Below are positions 45,219 through 54,208 of a DNA stretch of 64,000 nucleotides, piece after piece; positions within the stretch are counted from its first letter, which is position 1, and each line of letters opens with the position of its first letter. Made by a program: the position numbers and the translations under genes. The notes below the pieces were generated by a model that was not told the origin of the DNA, did not search any database, and was given only the letters and a program-made list of their open reading frames with translations. This DNA is from Magnetococcales bacterium (GTDB lineage Bacteria > Pseudomonadota > Magnetococcia > Magnetococcales > JADFWT01), in contig JADFWT010000002.1 of assembly GCA_015233785.1 (NCBI GenBank), positions 2,598-66,597 on the forward strand, in the 5' to 3' direction.

Positions 45219-45758
45219 ATGGCCAGCGTAAAAGGAACCGAGACTGAGAAGAATATCCTCGCCGCCTTTGCCGGAGAGTCCCAGGCACGTAATAAATACG
45301 GCTTTTTTGCCAAGAAGGCGCGCAAAGAGGGATATGTTCAGGTGGCTGCAGCCTTCGAGGAGACCGCCAATCATGAGCGTGCCCACGCCAGCACGCTCTT
45401 TAAAATGTTAGAGGGAGCCATCGGTTCCACCGAGGAGAATCTTCGCGCAGCCGCCGCTGGAGAAACGTATGAGAAGGACGATATGTATCCATCGTTCGCC
45501 GCCAAGGCCCGTGAAGAGGGATTTGAAGAGATCGCCTTGGTTTTTGAAGCCATCGCCAATGCTGAGACCATGCACGGTGCACGCTTCACAAAGCTAGCCG
45601 ATAACATTGCCAGTGAGCGGGTTTTTACGCGCAAGAAGAAGCAGACCTGGACCTGCCGTAACTGTGGCTATCAACACAAGGGCAAATCGGCCCCGGACAG
45701 TTGCCCGGCCTGTGCCCATGGTAAAGCCCACTTTGAAGTGACCGCCGATAATTTCTAA
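45219..45758 (+). CDS. rbr: Rubrerythrin
   Basis: Ferritin-like di-iron motifs (ESQARNKY, EETANHERAHA, GETYE) plus the C-terminal rubredoxin CRNCG...CPAC. AGGGAG RBS at 45205-45210. Confidence 0.92.
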   Translation: MASVKGTETEKNILAAFAGESQARNKYGFFAKKARKEGYVQVAAAFEETANHERAHASTLFKMLEGAIGSTEENLRAAAAGETYEKDDMYPSFAAKAREEGFEEIALVFEAIANAETMHGARFTKLADNIASERVFTRKKKQTWTCRNCGYQHKGKSAPDSCPACAHGKAHFEVTADNF

Positions 45759-45788
45759 AGCGCTCGATCCATACGTGGTATCGTTTTC

Positions 45789-45826
45789 GGGTCGCCTTGG
45801 GATTGTTCCCAGGCGGCCCGTTTTTT
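45789..45826 (+). terminator. Rho-independent terminator after rubrerythrin
   Basis: gggtcgccttggga / tcccaggcggccc stem followed by gtttttt. Confidence 0.75.
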
Positions 45827-45933
45827 CTGTTTTTGGATCAGTAACATGATGGGATCCAGCGCAAAGGAAGTGCATTAGACAGCCAGCTTATTTGACATGA
45901 CAATAATTAGTGTGGCTGTTGCATGCATTGAAG

Positions 45934-45971
45934 AAAAAAAGGGGCGCTGATCCAAACACGGATCGGCCCCC
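45934..45971 (-). terminator. Rho-independent terminator after the chemoreceptor gene
   Basis: On the minus strand, a GC-rich imperfect stem (ggggccgatcc / ggatcagcgcccc) is followed by a T7 run (A-run 45934-45940 on the + strand). Confidence 0.7.
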
Positions 45972-45993
45972 CTATTGCAATTGTTAGGCCCTC

Positions 45994-48225
45994 TTAGCGG
46001 ATGCGAAAGAAGCTCATCACCTCTTGAAGATTGCGCGCCTGCTCGGCCAGTTGGCTGGAAGTGGCCGCCATCTGTTCAGAGGCGCCGGCGTTCTGCTGAA
46101 TCACCCGGTCGAGCTGTTGAATCGCTTCGTTAATCTGTCCAGCTCCTTGGGCCTGCTCTTGGGATCCGGCAGAAATCTCTTGCACGAGTTCAGCCGTCTT
46201 TCGGATATTCGGCACCAGTTCAGAGAGCAGTTGACCGGCCTCTTCTGCCACATGCACGCTGGATGTAGAGATACCGTTGATCTCTCCGGCGGCCACCTGA
46301 CTGCGTTCGGCCAGCTTGCGCACCTCGGAAGCCACCACCGCAAAGCCCTTGCCGTGCTCCCCGGCTCGGGCCGCTTCAATGGCGGCGTTGAGGGCCAGAA
46401 GGTTGGTTTGGCGAGAGATGTCCTCAATCACGTAGATCTTTTCGGCAATTTCTCGCATCGCTTGAACCGCCTTGGTCACCGCCTCACCGCTTTTTTGGGC
46501 TTGACCTGCGGCCTTGGTCGCCATCTGCTCAGTGGTGAGGGCGTTGTCGGTGTTTTGCTGAATATTAGAGCTCATCTGCTCCATAGCGGACGAGGTCTCC
46601 TCAATAGAGGCGGCCTGAGAGCTGGCACCATCAGAGACTGCCTGGGCGTTTTCGGTTACTTCGGCGCTGCCGTCCACCACGTCGTCAGAGACCTGCATCA
46701 CCGTAGTTACGGTCTCCGTGAGTTGGCTCTGCATATTGAGAATGGCGTTGTAGATACCGCGTTCGTCACCCCTCAACTGGATCTGGTTGGTGAGATCGCC
46801 CCTGGCGATGGTTTCGGTAATCTTCATCACGTCCAGCGGCTCGCCGCCGATCTGACCAAGGATTTCCCGAACCAGCATGACAGCCGTGAGAATGGCCACC
46901 ATCATCACCACCAGTGTGAAGATCAGGTAGCCCCAAAAGGCTGTATCTGCGGCTACTTTCAGTTCGGCTGCATCGTTCTTAAGATCCACAGACAAGGCAT
47001 CTTCAACTTCCTTGAGCAGGTTGATCTTCTGGGTAATGGTTTTGAACCAGACGGTGGGGTCAATGCCGAAGTTACCGGCTGAGGTGAGCTTGTTGAGGGC
47101 TGCAAACGCCTTCAGGGCAGGCCCATCACTCACCTTGACCGCCTTATCCATCGCCCCGATGGTGGTACCGTCTTTGGACATTTTAATGATCTTCTCAAGC
47201 CCGGCCTTGTATTGATTCAAGGTGTCGAGGATCACGGCCAAATGCTGTTTCTCTTCGGTGCTGGCCTCTTTCAGGGTATTGAAGCGGTCGATGGCCGAAC
47301 TGATGACGGCATGTTGCTTCATGAATTTGTCGGCATACTTGCCGTTCTGGCGCAGCACGAAATTCTTGAACTGATGGATGGAGCCACCGTAGCCGATGTT
47401 GCGGTAGATGGTGGCCAGAAGAGCGGATTTCTCCGAAGCACGCCCTTTTTCAAAGGCGATATCGCGCATTTTTTGCACTTCACCCACGACCGAAGTCGAC
47501 ATTTTTTGCCGAAACAGATCGGTTTGAGCGCTAGGTGCGAAGGCCTGGAATACTCGGAAATAGGTGTCCTGTTCGGTAACCAGAATGCTGAATTTATGAA
47601 AAGCGCCTGGCCCAAAGCTGTTTCTGGCAAAGGTGTTGGAGAGCACCGCCCGTTCGATTCCAGCTCGTTCCTTGCCGAGCAGAAAGTTGGTATAGCCAGA
47701 TGCCATGGGGGCCAGTTCTGCCACCGCCAGCTTGGAGATCTCACCCACGGCATTGAGGAATGTGCCATTCATGCGGGTGTAGTATCCGATGGCTTTTCCG
47801 GCGGGGATTGAGAGGCCGTCCACTCCTTTTCGGATGGGGCGCAGCCCTTCGAAAAGGCCGATGGCTTGACCTAGTGTTGAGGAAAAATCGTCGCCGAGTG
47901 CTCGGGTGTCGATCTCTTCGATAAAGGTTTGCAGGGCACGGAATTTTTCATCGGCCGCCTCGCGCTGTCTGGGAAGTTCGCTGCGGAATTTCTGCCCTTT
48001 ACTGCCAAGATAGCCGGCGGACATACCGCGTTCTTTCTGGGTTTCATGCACCAGGGCGCTGGCATGTACGGCGATATTAGCCAGTCGCTCCATTTTCTCC
48101 ATGTTGCTGGATACCTGGTGTTTGGCTATAACGCTCTGCGCCCCATACCAGGCCAGAGCGGCCAGGGGGATCAGAAAGGCAATGGTGAATTTTTGTGATA
48201 GAGATAGATTCTGAAATATCCGCAT
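45994..48225 (-). CDS. Methyl-accepting chemotaxis protein with a periplasmic NIT-like sensor domain
   Basis: [24 protein letters not shown] (NIT signature), HAMP, and a highly conserved MA hairpin ([33 protein letters not shown]). Confidence 0.9.
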   Translation of the reverse strand: MRIFQNLSLSQKFTIAFLIPLAALAWYGAQSVIAKHQVSSNMEKMERLANIAVHASALVHETQKERGMSAGYLGSKGQKFRSELPRQREAADEKFRALQTFIEEIDTRALGDDFSSTLGQAIGLFEGLRPIRKGVDGLSIPAGKAIGYYTRMNGTFLNAVGEISKLAVAELAPMASGYTNFLLGKERAGIERAVLSNTFARNSFGPGAFHKFSILVTEQDTYFRVFQAFAPSAQTDLFRQKMSTSVVGEVQKMRDIAFEKGRASEKSALLATIYRNIGYGGSIHQFKNFVLRQNGKYADKFMKQHAVISSAIDRFNTLKEASTEEKQHLAVILDTLNQYKAGLEKIIKMSKDGTTIGAMDKAVKVSDGPALKAFAALNKLTSAGNFGIDPTVWFKTITQKINLLKEVEDALSVDLKNDAAELKVAADTAFWGYLIFTLVVMMVAILTAVMLVREILGQIGGEPLDVMKITETIARGDLTNQIQLRGDERGIYNAILNMQSQLTETVTTVMQVSDDVVDGSAEVTENAQAVSDGASSQAASIEETSSAMEQMSSNIQQNTDNALTTEQMATKAAGQAQKSGEAVTKAVQAMREIAEKIYVIEDISRQTNLLALNAAIEAARAGEHGKGFAVVASEVRKLAERSQVAAGEINGISTSSVHVAEEAGQLLSELVPNIRKTAELVQEISAGSQEQAQGAGQINEAIQQLDRVIQQNAGASEQMAATSSQLAEQARNLQEVMSFFRIR

Positions 48226-48373
48226 GAATCAAGCCCCTCCATAGGGAGAACAACACTTGCCTGCTCCTCATCAGTTGGACTGGGAGAAGGCATCTCAAAT
48301 GGACCCGGCAGCAGTGCCGCACAGATCGGTTTCAGGAGGAGCGAACAGAAGAAATAGTTGAAGGTAGATCGGC

Positions 48374-48613
48374 TCAGTGGAGTTTGTAGTCGTGCGAAAG
48401 GTTGGCCTCCAACTCTTCCAGAGAGAAGGTCATATTTCGCTCTATTTCATCCAGTGCGGCCATGGCAGCGTCCAAACTTTGACGATCCTGCTCCCATTGG
48501 TGCAGGTACTGCCGCACAGCGCTTTCCAGATGGTCCTCCACACGCTTTCCCGTCTCCTGCGCCAATATGTCCAGGCGCTGTTTCAATTCGTCGGGAATGG
48601 CAAACCCATGCAT
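48374..48613 (-). CDS. Ribbon-helix-helix (CopG/antitoxin-like) protein, no toxin partner visible
   Basis: The N-terminal FAIPDELKQRLDILAQETGKRVEDHLESAVRQYL fits a beta-alpha-alpha RHH pattern. Confidence 0.5.
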   Translation of the reverse strand: MHGFAIPDELKQRLDILAQETGKRVEDHLESAVRQYLHQWEQDRQSLDAAMAALDEIERNMTFSLEELEANLSHDYKLH

Positions 48614-49213
48614 CTACTTCTCCCTGTCTTCTCAATCAGTTGTCATAATGAATGCCTGATTCTCGGAATCTGCATTTTCATTATGTCCGGCCCATGGCCA
48701 ATCCACATTGGACAGCGAATATCGTGGTGATCACATGGCCCATCACGCAACAAACGCACCAAATGCCCAAATAGAGAGCCGGAGACCACACCGCCCATAA
48801 CGATGGGAGATAGACAAATGCGAGGTGCGGCTGAAGATTAAGAAGATAGGGGGTGTCTACTTCGAAGCTCTGCCCCTCTACAAGCTCCGTTTATTGCAGA
48901 CTACTCTTTCTGCAATCTGTTCTTGCGAACCGAATTAACGCCTCCATTCCTTGCGTAGCTAAAAACGAGATTAACAATAAGAACCATTTGCGAGTATGGC
49001 ATGTGTTGCCTATCAATGAAACATTTTATTGACATACAGGGTGTGACCATGTTCTTGCATAATAAATTTTTGATACAAATAAGATTCCCTGATAGTTATT
49101 CCGTCCTGGATGGCAGCCAAAATGTGGTAGAATCAATAAGTGAGCCATGGCTATGCCACGCATCAGAGATCCATCTCAATGGTCGGCAGCGAAAAAGATA
49201 AAGGGGTCAGGAT

Positions 49214-49402
49214 ATGGCGGATCATAAGCATCAGAATCGGACCAAGTCAGCGCAACAGGCCAACTCCGGAAGTACGCGACCAGAGAAGGGGACGCGTATC
49301 CCGGAGCTGGTTCATCTGTTGGGTAAAGGGAGGCCGATGGAAGAGCAGATTCTGGATCCGGCCAATCCCAATCTGATGACGGAAAAACAGGGTGGGCGCT
49401 AG
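49214..49402 (+). CDS. Candidate small basic protein (62 aa)
   Basis: AAGGGG lies ~8 nt upstream of the ATG. A possible extended -10, TGgTAGAAT, sits at 49125-49133. The composition is low-complexity and I recognise no family. Confidence 0.3.
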   Translation: MADHKHQNRTKSAQQANSGSTRPEKGTRIPELVHLLGKGRPMEEQILDPANPNLMTEKQGGR

Positions 49403-49435
49403 ATTATAGCCCCCCGTCACACGATCCCTACGCCA

Positions 49436-51259
49436 TTAAAGGCTACCTGTCGTTGCCTGGACCAGCGTGCCCATATTGGGGCTGGTGGCCCTGGGTGGTG
49501 TTGCCACGCTCTGCATCCTTGAACGATGGCCGAAGACAAAGAGTGTCGTGCCCATGGCCAGTAGATTGCGGATGGCCGCAAAGGTGTGACCGCTATCGTT
49601 CATCAACGAAGTGCCCATCTCCGGGGTAATCTTCTCATCGCGGATCAGATCAAACAGGTGGCGAGAGAAGGCGCGTTCTTCATAGTCCCAATGATCCCTG
49701 AGTTTGGCCATCTCTAACTGCGCATCATGAAGGGATGCACGATGATCCTCTCTGCGCACTTCCAGCTCCTGAAGCACTCGGCCGATATGGACTCGAAGGG
49801 CGTCATATTCGCGCTTGATGTGGCGATTGTCCGAGGCGGAGTAAGTCATCATATTCTCTTGCATGAACTCAACATTCTTGATGGCCTCGACGATATTCTG
49901 GTTGGCATCCCGTAGCCAGTGCAGATTGCCGGATTGCTCTTGTTGCCAACTGAAGGGCGCCTTACTGATGAAGGCGATGACGGCACTATAGAGCGACTTG
50001 ACATTCTTTTCGTACCCTTGGTCCAGGTCGATGTGCTCCAATTTTTTCTGGGCCTTGATCTCGGTGGCCAGGTCGCACTCAGGGTGTTGAAAATGGTCTG
50101 GTTTCAGACCCAGAGCCTGCCCTAACAGATCTCGGGCATTCTCAAAGATATGGACCGTCTCATCCTGCACTGCTCGTACCGCCGTATCGGGAAATTCAAT
50201 GTTGGCGGTATTGAGATAACGTGGCTTAAGTGTGCTCGTCTCATGGGAAGGGATGATACGAAACAGAAGATTGACCATGGCCTGGATGAAGGGGATCATC
50301 ACCAGAATGCCGGCCAGATTGAATAGGGTATGGAAGACCGCCAGCTTAAGGGTGTAGTCGGTGATTCCGATACCTACGGCGGCACTGATGCTATCCACGG
50401 CCCATACAAACTGCGGCATCAGCATGATGGCGATGAAACCGGTGACGACATTGAAAATCAGGTGCGCGCCCGCCAGACGTTTGCCCTGCTCATTGGCGCT
50501 CATGGCCCCGATGATGGCGGTGATGGTGGTACCGACGTTGGCACCGATGGCCAGTGCTAATGCGTTCTCGTAGGTGATCTGTTGCGCCGCCAGAGCGGTA
50601 ATGATCAGCACCAGCGTGGCATGGCTGGATTGCATCACAACGGTGGCAAATATGCCGATCAATGTGAATATAAATAGCCCCTTATAACCCGTCACTGCAA
50701 ATTGTGTCAGGTCAATGGTGGACTTGAACGCCTCAAAGCCCTCTTTCATGTAGTGGATGCCGAGGAACAGAAAGCCGAGGCCGGCCAGAATGTAGCCGAT
50801 GCCGTTCAAGGTTTTGGATTTTTGAAATACCATGATGATGCCGAACACCAGCATCGGCATGGCGTAGGCGGAAATCTTCACTTTGAGGCCGAAGGCGGCC
50901 ACTAGCCATGCGCCGGTAGTGGTGCCCAGATTGGCTCCAAAGATGATGCCGATTCCCTCGCTGAGCCCCAGCAGACCGGCGCTGAGAAACGAAATAGTGA
51001 TCACCGATACCAGGGAGCTGGATTGCATGATGGTGGTGGTGACCACGCCAAAGCTAAGGCTTTTCCATAGTTTATCGGTGGTGCGATGGAGAATTTTTTC
51101 CAATGCACCGCCTGTAAATACCCGAAAGCCGTCCTCCAGCGCCAACATGCCAAACAGAAAGATGGCAACGCCGGCTGCGATGCCTTTGAAATCGGGGCTA
51201 ATCCAGAAGCCATAGGCCAATACGCCTAGCATGGAGGGTAGAACAATATGACGTAACAT
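49436..51259 (-). CDS. Na+/phosphate cotransporter family (NptA-like) with a PhoU-like C-terminal domain, paralog A
   Basis: Duplicated membrane repeat with SSSLVSVI/GANLGTT and QSSHATLVL/GANVGTT motifs, plus a cytoplasmic helical C-terminus. The start MLRHIVLP at 51259 follows GGAGAAGG. Confidence 0.85.
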   Translation of the reverse strand: MLRHIVLPSMLGVLAYGFWISPDFKGIAAGVAIFLFGMLALEDGFRVFTGGALEKILHRTTDKLWKSLSFGVVTTTIMQSSSLVSVITISFLSAGLLGLSEGIGIIFGANLGTTTGAWLVAAFGLKVKISAYAMPMLVFGIIMVFQKSKTLNGIGYILAGLGFLFLGIHYMKEGFEAFKSTIDLTQFAVTGYKGLFIFTLIGIFATVVMQSSHATLVLIITALAAQQITYENALALAIGANVGTTITAIIGAMSANEQGKRLAGAHLIFNVVTGFIAIMLMPQFVWAVDSISAAVGIGITDYTLKLAVFHTLFNLAGILVMIPFIQAMVNLLFRIIPSHETSTLKPRYLNTANIEFPDTAVRAVQDETVHIFENARDLLGQALGLKPDHFQHPECDLATEIKAQKKLEHIDLDQGYEKNVKSLYSAVIAFISKAPFSWQQEQSGNLHWLRDANQNIVEAIKNVEFMQENMMTYSASDNRHIKREYDALRVHIGRVLQELEVRREDHRASLHDAQLEMAKLRDHWDYEERAFSRHLFDLIRDEKITPEMGTSLMNDSGHTFAAIRNLLAMGTTLFVFGHRSRMQSVATPPRATSPNMGTLVQATTGSL

Positions 51260-51366
51260 AGTGACCTTCTCCCAAACATGGTGATGCATCGTTAGGTGCG
51301 ATGTTGGTGCTCAGCCGATGGTCGAGTTCGACTTTGACAGATGGGGGCGTTCCAAATAACAGGACA

Positions 51367-51400
51367 TTTCATGATCAATTTTCTTGGTTTGATCATGAAA
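51367..51400. promoter_or_regulatory. Perfect 12-bp inverted repeat (candidate operator) in the divergent promoter region
   Basis: tttcatgatcaa (51367-51378), a 10-nt spacer, then ttgatcatgaaa (51389-51400). It lies ~110 nt upstream of transporter A and ~315 nt upstream of the Lys/Ala-rich gene. Confidence 0.5.
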
Positions 51401-51713
51401 GCAGGCTATTGGGGTAGACCATTTATTTCATTAGAATAATCCCAACCAGAGGTCGGGAAGTGCCGTTTTAGACAGGTCGACATTAATTATTGCACCATTA
51501 TTATTTTTTATGGCATGCTTCTGTTGCGTCAGGCTTATATGGCTATATGTATGAATTATATTGGATTGACGGCATGATTTTACGAATTGATCATGTGTGT
51601 AAAAAATAGAATCACAGTGTGTAAAGCGTATTATGTGGGCAGCTTTTTTCAGATGAAATCGGTGGGTTGATATCGTACTATTTAGGGAATTCATTCTTCC
51701 GAGGGGGGAGTCC

Positions 51714-52094
51714 ATGGGCAGACGTAATGAGGTCAAAAAGCTAAAAAAATCACTGAACGAGGCCAAAAAACAAAATCGTCAGAAGCTGGCAGCTGCAAAG
51801 AAAATGGCCGCTAAAGCCCGAAAAGAGGCTGCAAAAGTTGAGAAACGGGCGGCAAAGGCAGAGAAAAAGGCCGCTAAAAAGGCTGCTCGAATTGAAAAGA
51901 AGGCTGCCGCTAAGGCGGCTTCAAAGGCGCGCAAACAGGCCGAAAGAGAGAAAAAGGAGGCGGCCGCCAAGGCGCGAAAGCAGGCCGCAGCTAAAGCAAG
52001 AAAACAGGCCATTGCCGAGGCGGAGAGGAACGCTGCCCAGAAACGGGCACGTGTAGAGAAGATGATTAAACAGGTCATTGACAAGACGCTTTGA
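51714..52094 (+). CDS. Lys/Ala-rich histone-H1/AlgP-like basic protein (126 aa)
   Basis: KKAAKKAARIEKKAAAKAASKARKQAEREKKEAAAKARKQAAAKARKQA. GGGGGAG RBS. It is followed by a strong terminator. Confidence 0.7.
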   Translation: MGRRNEVKKLKKSLNEAKKQNRQKLAAAKKMAAKARKEAAKVEKRAAKAEKKAAKKAARIEKKAAAKAASKARKQAEREKKEAAAKARKQAAAKARKQAIAEAERNAAQKRARVEKMIKQVIDKTL

Positions 52095-52119
52095 TTGAAC
52101 AGACTCCGTGATAAAAAAA

Positions 52120-52155
52120 GCCCCGGCAATGCGTGTACCTGCCGGGGCTTTTTTT
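52120..52155. terminator. Bidirectional rho-independent terminator
   Basis: The gccccggca (52120-52128) / tgccggggc (52140-52148) stem is flanked by A7 upstream and T7 downstream, between convergent genes. Confidence 0.9.
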
Positions 52156-52160
52156 ATCAG

Positions 52161-54092
52161 CTATGAAGGGGACAGCCCTTTCTTGATGGTTTCGATCTGC
52201 TCGGAGGCATCCAGTGCTTTCAATGGGGCATCCCGTTTGGGTATGGAGAGCCAGTCTGCGGCATTGCTGCTCTTGGCCTGAATTTTGGCAATGCGCTTAG
52301 CGTGATAGAAGAGCCGTTTGAAGGTATCCAGCAGCTCCATGTAGAGGGTATAGCTGGTAAGGTTATCCTCATCCTTGGCGTGCATAGTGCGAATTTTCTT
52401 GGAGCGCAGTGCGGTATCCATGCCGAGAATGGTCTCCTTGAGTTCGAAGACCATCTTGGCGGCCTGTTGATTGTCGGTGATGAAGGCTGTACTGGCTGAG
52501 CGGAAGGCCCAGGTCGTTAGCTCTTGTAGCTTGGTGAGGGACTCAATCTCTTCGGCGGGGAGTTTTGCCCCTTCTTTAGCTGTAAAATCAGCCAGATGGC
52601 TAAGGTTTAGAATGATGATATCGCTGATGTATTTCATCTCGATGATCACCGTAACCGAGGCCAACACCTCATCGGCTACATGGGGTGGCAAATTGCGGCT
52701 GCCCATTTTAGAGAGATGTTTGGTCAGATAGGCATAGGCCAGATTAACCTTGTCCGCTAATTGATGCATCTGGTCAGAGCCCTTATCCTGGGGCTTCAAC
52801 ACGCTTGTGAGCGAGCGCGTCAACATCTCCTCCACCGTATCGGATAGCACGTTCATCTCCCGCCTAACCAGACTGAGGGCAAAGGCTGGTGTGGAGAGCA
52901 TGGTGTCGTCCAGATATTTGGGACGGTAGCTCGCTTCTTCTTCATAGCGATCTTCAGCGCGCCTCTCGGGCAACATTTTGACGCAGAAGACGGCGATTAT
53001 TCCGGCAAAGGGTAAGAAGAAGAATGCCATCACTATATTGAACATGGTATGGGCATTGGCCACCTGTCTGGGCACCTCTTCAGCAAGGCGTGCCAAGCCG
53101 GTCAATTCTGGAGCGGCTGTGGGAGAGATCTCCCGAACCAGATCCGCGAACTGGGGTATGAATCCTACGACCAGCATAGCGCCCAGCACGTTAAACAGCG
53201 TATGGGCCAAGGCGACCTGGACCGCCACGCGGGGCTTGCCGATAGCTGCCAGTCCGGCTGTAACGCAGGTGCCGATATTGGCGCCCAGGGTTAGAGCGAT
53301 TCCGGCTTCCAGGGAGATCAACCCCTGCATGGCCAGCGCCAACACAACGCCGGTGGTGGCGGAAGAAGATTGTACCAACGCCGTAAACCCGGCCCCCACC
53401 ATCACCCCGATCAATGGATTGGAGACCGTCTGCATCAGCTCAATAAAGGGGGGATAGGAGCGCAGCGGGTGCATGGCTTGACTCATCAGCGTCATGCCGA
53501 AGAAGACCATGCCGAGGCCGAAAACAAGGTGGCCGTATTGACGGGTCTTCTCTTGCTTGCCCAGAGAGAAGGTGAGAAAGCCCACCAGAATCATCAACAG
53601 GGCGTACTTGGTCACCTTGAAGGCGATCACCTGGGCGGTGATGGTGGTGCCGATATTGGCCCCGAAAATGACGCCGATGGCCTGGGTTAGGGTCATTAGT
53701 TCGGCACTGACAAACCCTACCAGAAGCACGGTGGTGATGGATGAGGATTGAATAATGGCTGTGACGAACGCACCGGTAAACATGCCCATCAGCCGGTTGA
53801 TGGTTAACGTGCGCAGGATTTTCTTCATCTGGTCGCCCGCCACCAGCTTCAGCGAGGTGCCCATTTTCTCCATGCCGTAGAGAAAAATCGCCAGCCCTCC
53901 CATGAGCCCCATGGCAAGCGTAACAAAATCGAGCTCTTTATTGCCGGAAGAGCTCTCCCCCGCTTCGACCCCGACGGCCAGTAGCAGGGCCAGGATGGTC
54001 ATGCCCAGCATCCAGGAGCTGCGTGCAAATAACGGTTTCATGTGGTTCCCTTCATCGGTAGTGCTGCGCGTATTCATGGGAAATTCGCACAA
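52161..54092 (-). CDS. Na+/phosphate cotransporter family with a PhoU-like C-terminal domain, paralog B
   Basis: GGLAIFLYGMEKM, QSSSITTVL/GANIGTT, QSSSATTGV/GANIGTC, and a long helical C-terminus. The start is ambiguous (M1, M6 or M18). Confidence 0.85.
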   Translation of the reverse strand: MCEFPMNTRSTTDEGNHMKPLFARSSWMLGMTILALLLAVGVEAGESSSGNKELDFVTLAMGLMGGLAIFLYGMEKMGTSLKLVAGDQMKKILRTLTINRLMGMFTGAFVTAIIQSSSITTVLLVGFVSAELMTLTQAIGVIFGANIGTTITAQVIAFKVTKYALLMILVGFLTFSLGKQEKTRQYGHLVFGLGMVFFGMTLMSQAMHPLRSYPPFIELMQTVSNPLIGVMVGAGFTALVQSSSATTGVVLALAMQGLISLEAGIALTLGANIGTCVTAGLAAIGKPRVAVQVALAHTLFNVLGAMLVVGFIPQFADLVREISPTAAPELTGLARLAEEVPRQVANAHTMFNIVMAFFFLPFAGIIAVFCVKMLPERRAEDRYEEEASYRPKYLDDTMLSTPAFALSLVRREMNVLSDTVEEMLTRSLTSVLKPQDKGSDQMHQLADKVNLAYAYLTKHLSKMGSRNLPPHVADEVLASVTVIIEMKYISDIIILNLSHLADFTAKEGAKLPAEEIESLTKLQELTTWAFRSASTAFITDNQQAAKMVFELKETILGMDTALRSKKIRTMHAKDEDNLTSYTLYMELLDTFKRLFYHAKRIAKIQAKSSNAADWLSIPKRDAPLKALDASEQIETIKKGLSPS

Positions 54093-54208
54093 TTATAACA
54101 ATTATGTCACGTTATGGTTTAAAAATAGTTTGGATGGGGACATCTACTTATAAATACCAACACGACGGCGGTGGTGGTTGTCATGGGGTCTGGCCATATG
54201 CCTTCTCC

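Noticed and set aside
46024-47082. 352-aa + strand ORF inside the chemoreceptor gene
   Set aside because: It is antisense to a highly conserved MCP signalling domain. Its composition is low-complexity (Gly/Leu/Arg/His) and it has no motifs.
48374-48613. Type II toxin-antitoxin module based on the RHH protein
   Set aside because: No toxin-sized ORF is adjacent or overlapping on either side. The downstream gene, 148 nt away, is a 743-aa chemoreceptor. I kept it only as an orphan RHH regulator.
51779-52129. 116-aa - strand ORF rich in Ala/Phe/Leu/Ser opposite the Lys/Ala-rich gene
   Set aside because: It is the antisense reading of the AAG/GCN repeats. It runs into the terminator stem and has no RBS. 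The + strand ORF has an RBS and is followed by the terminator.
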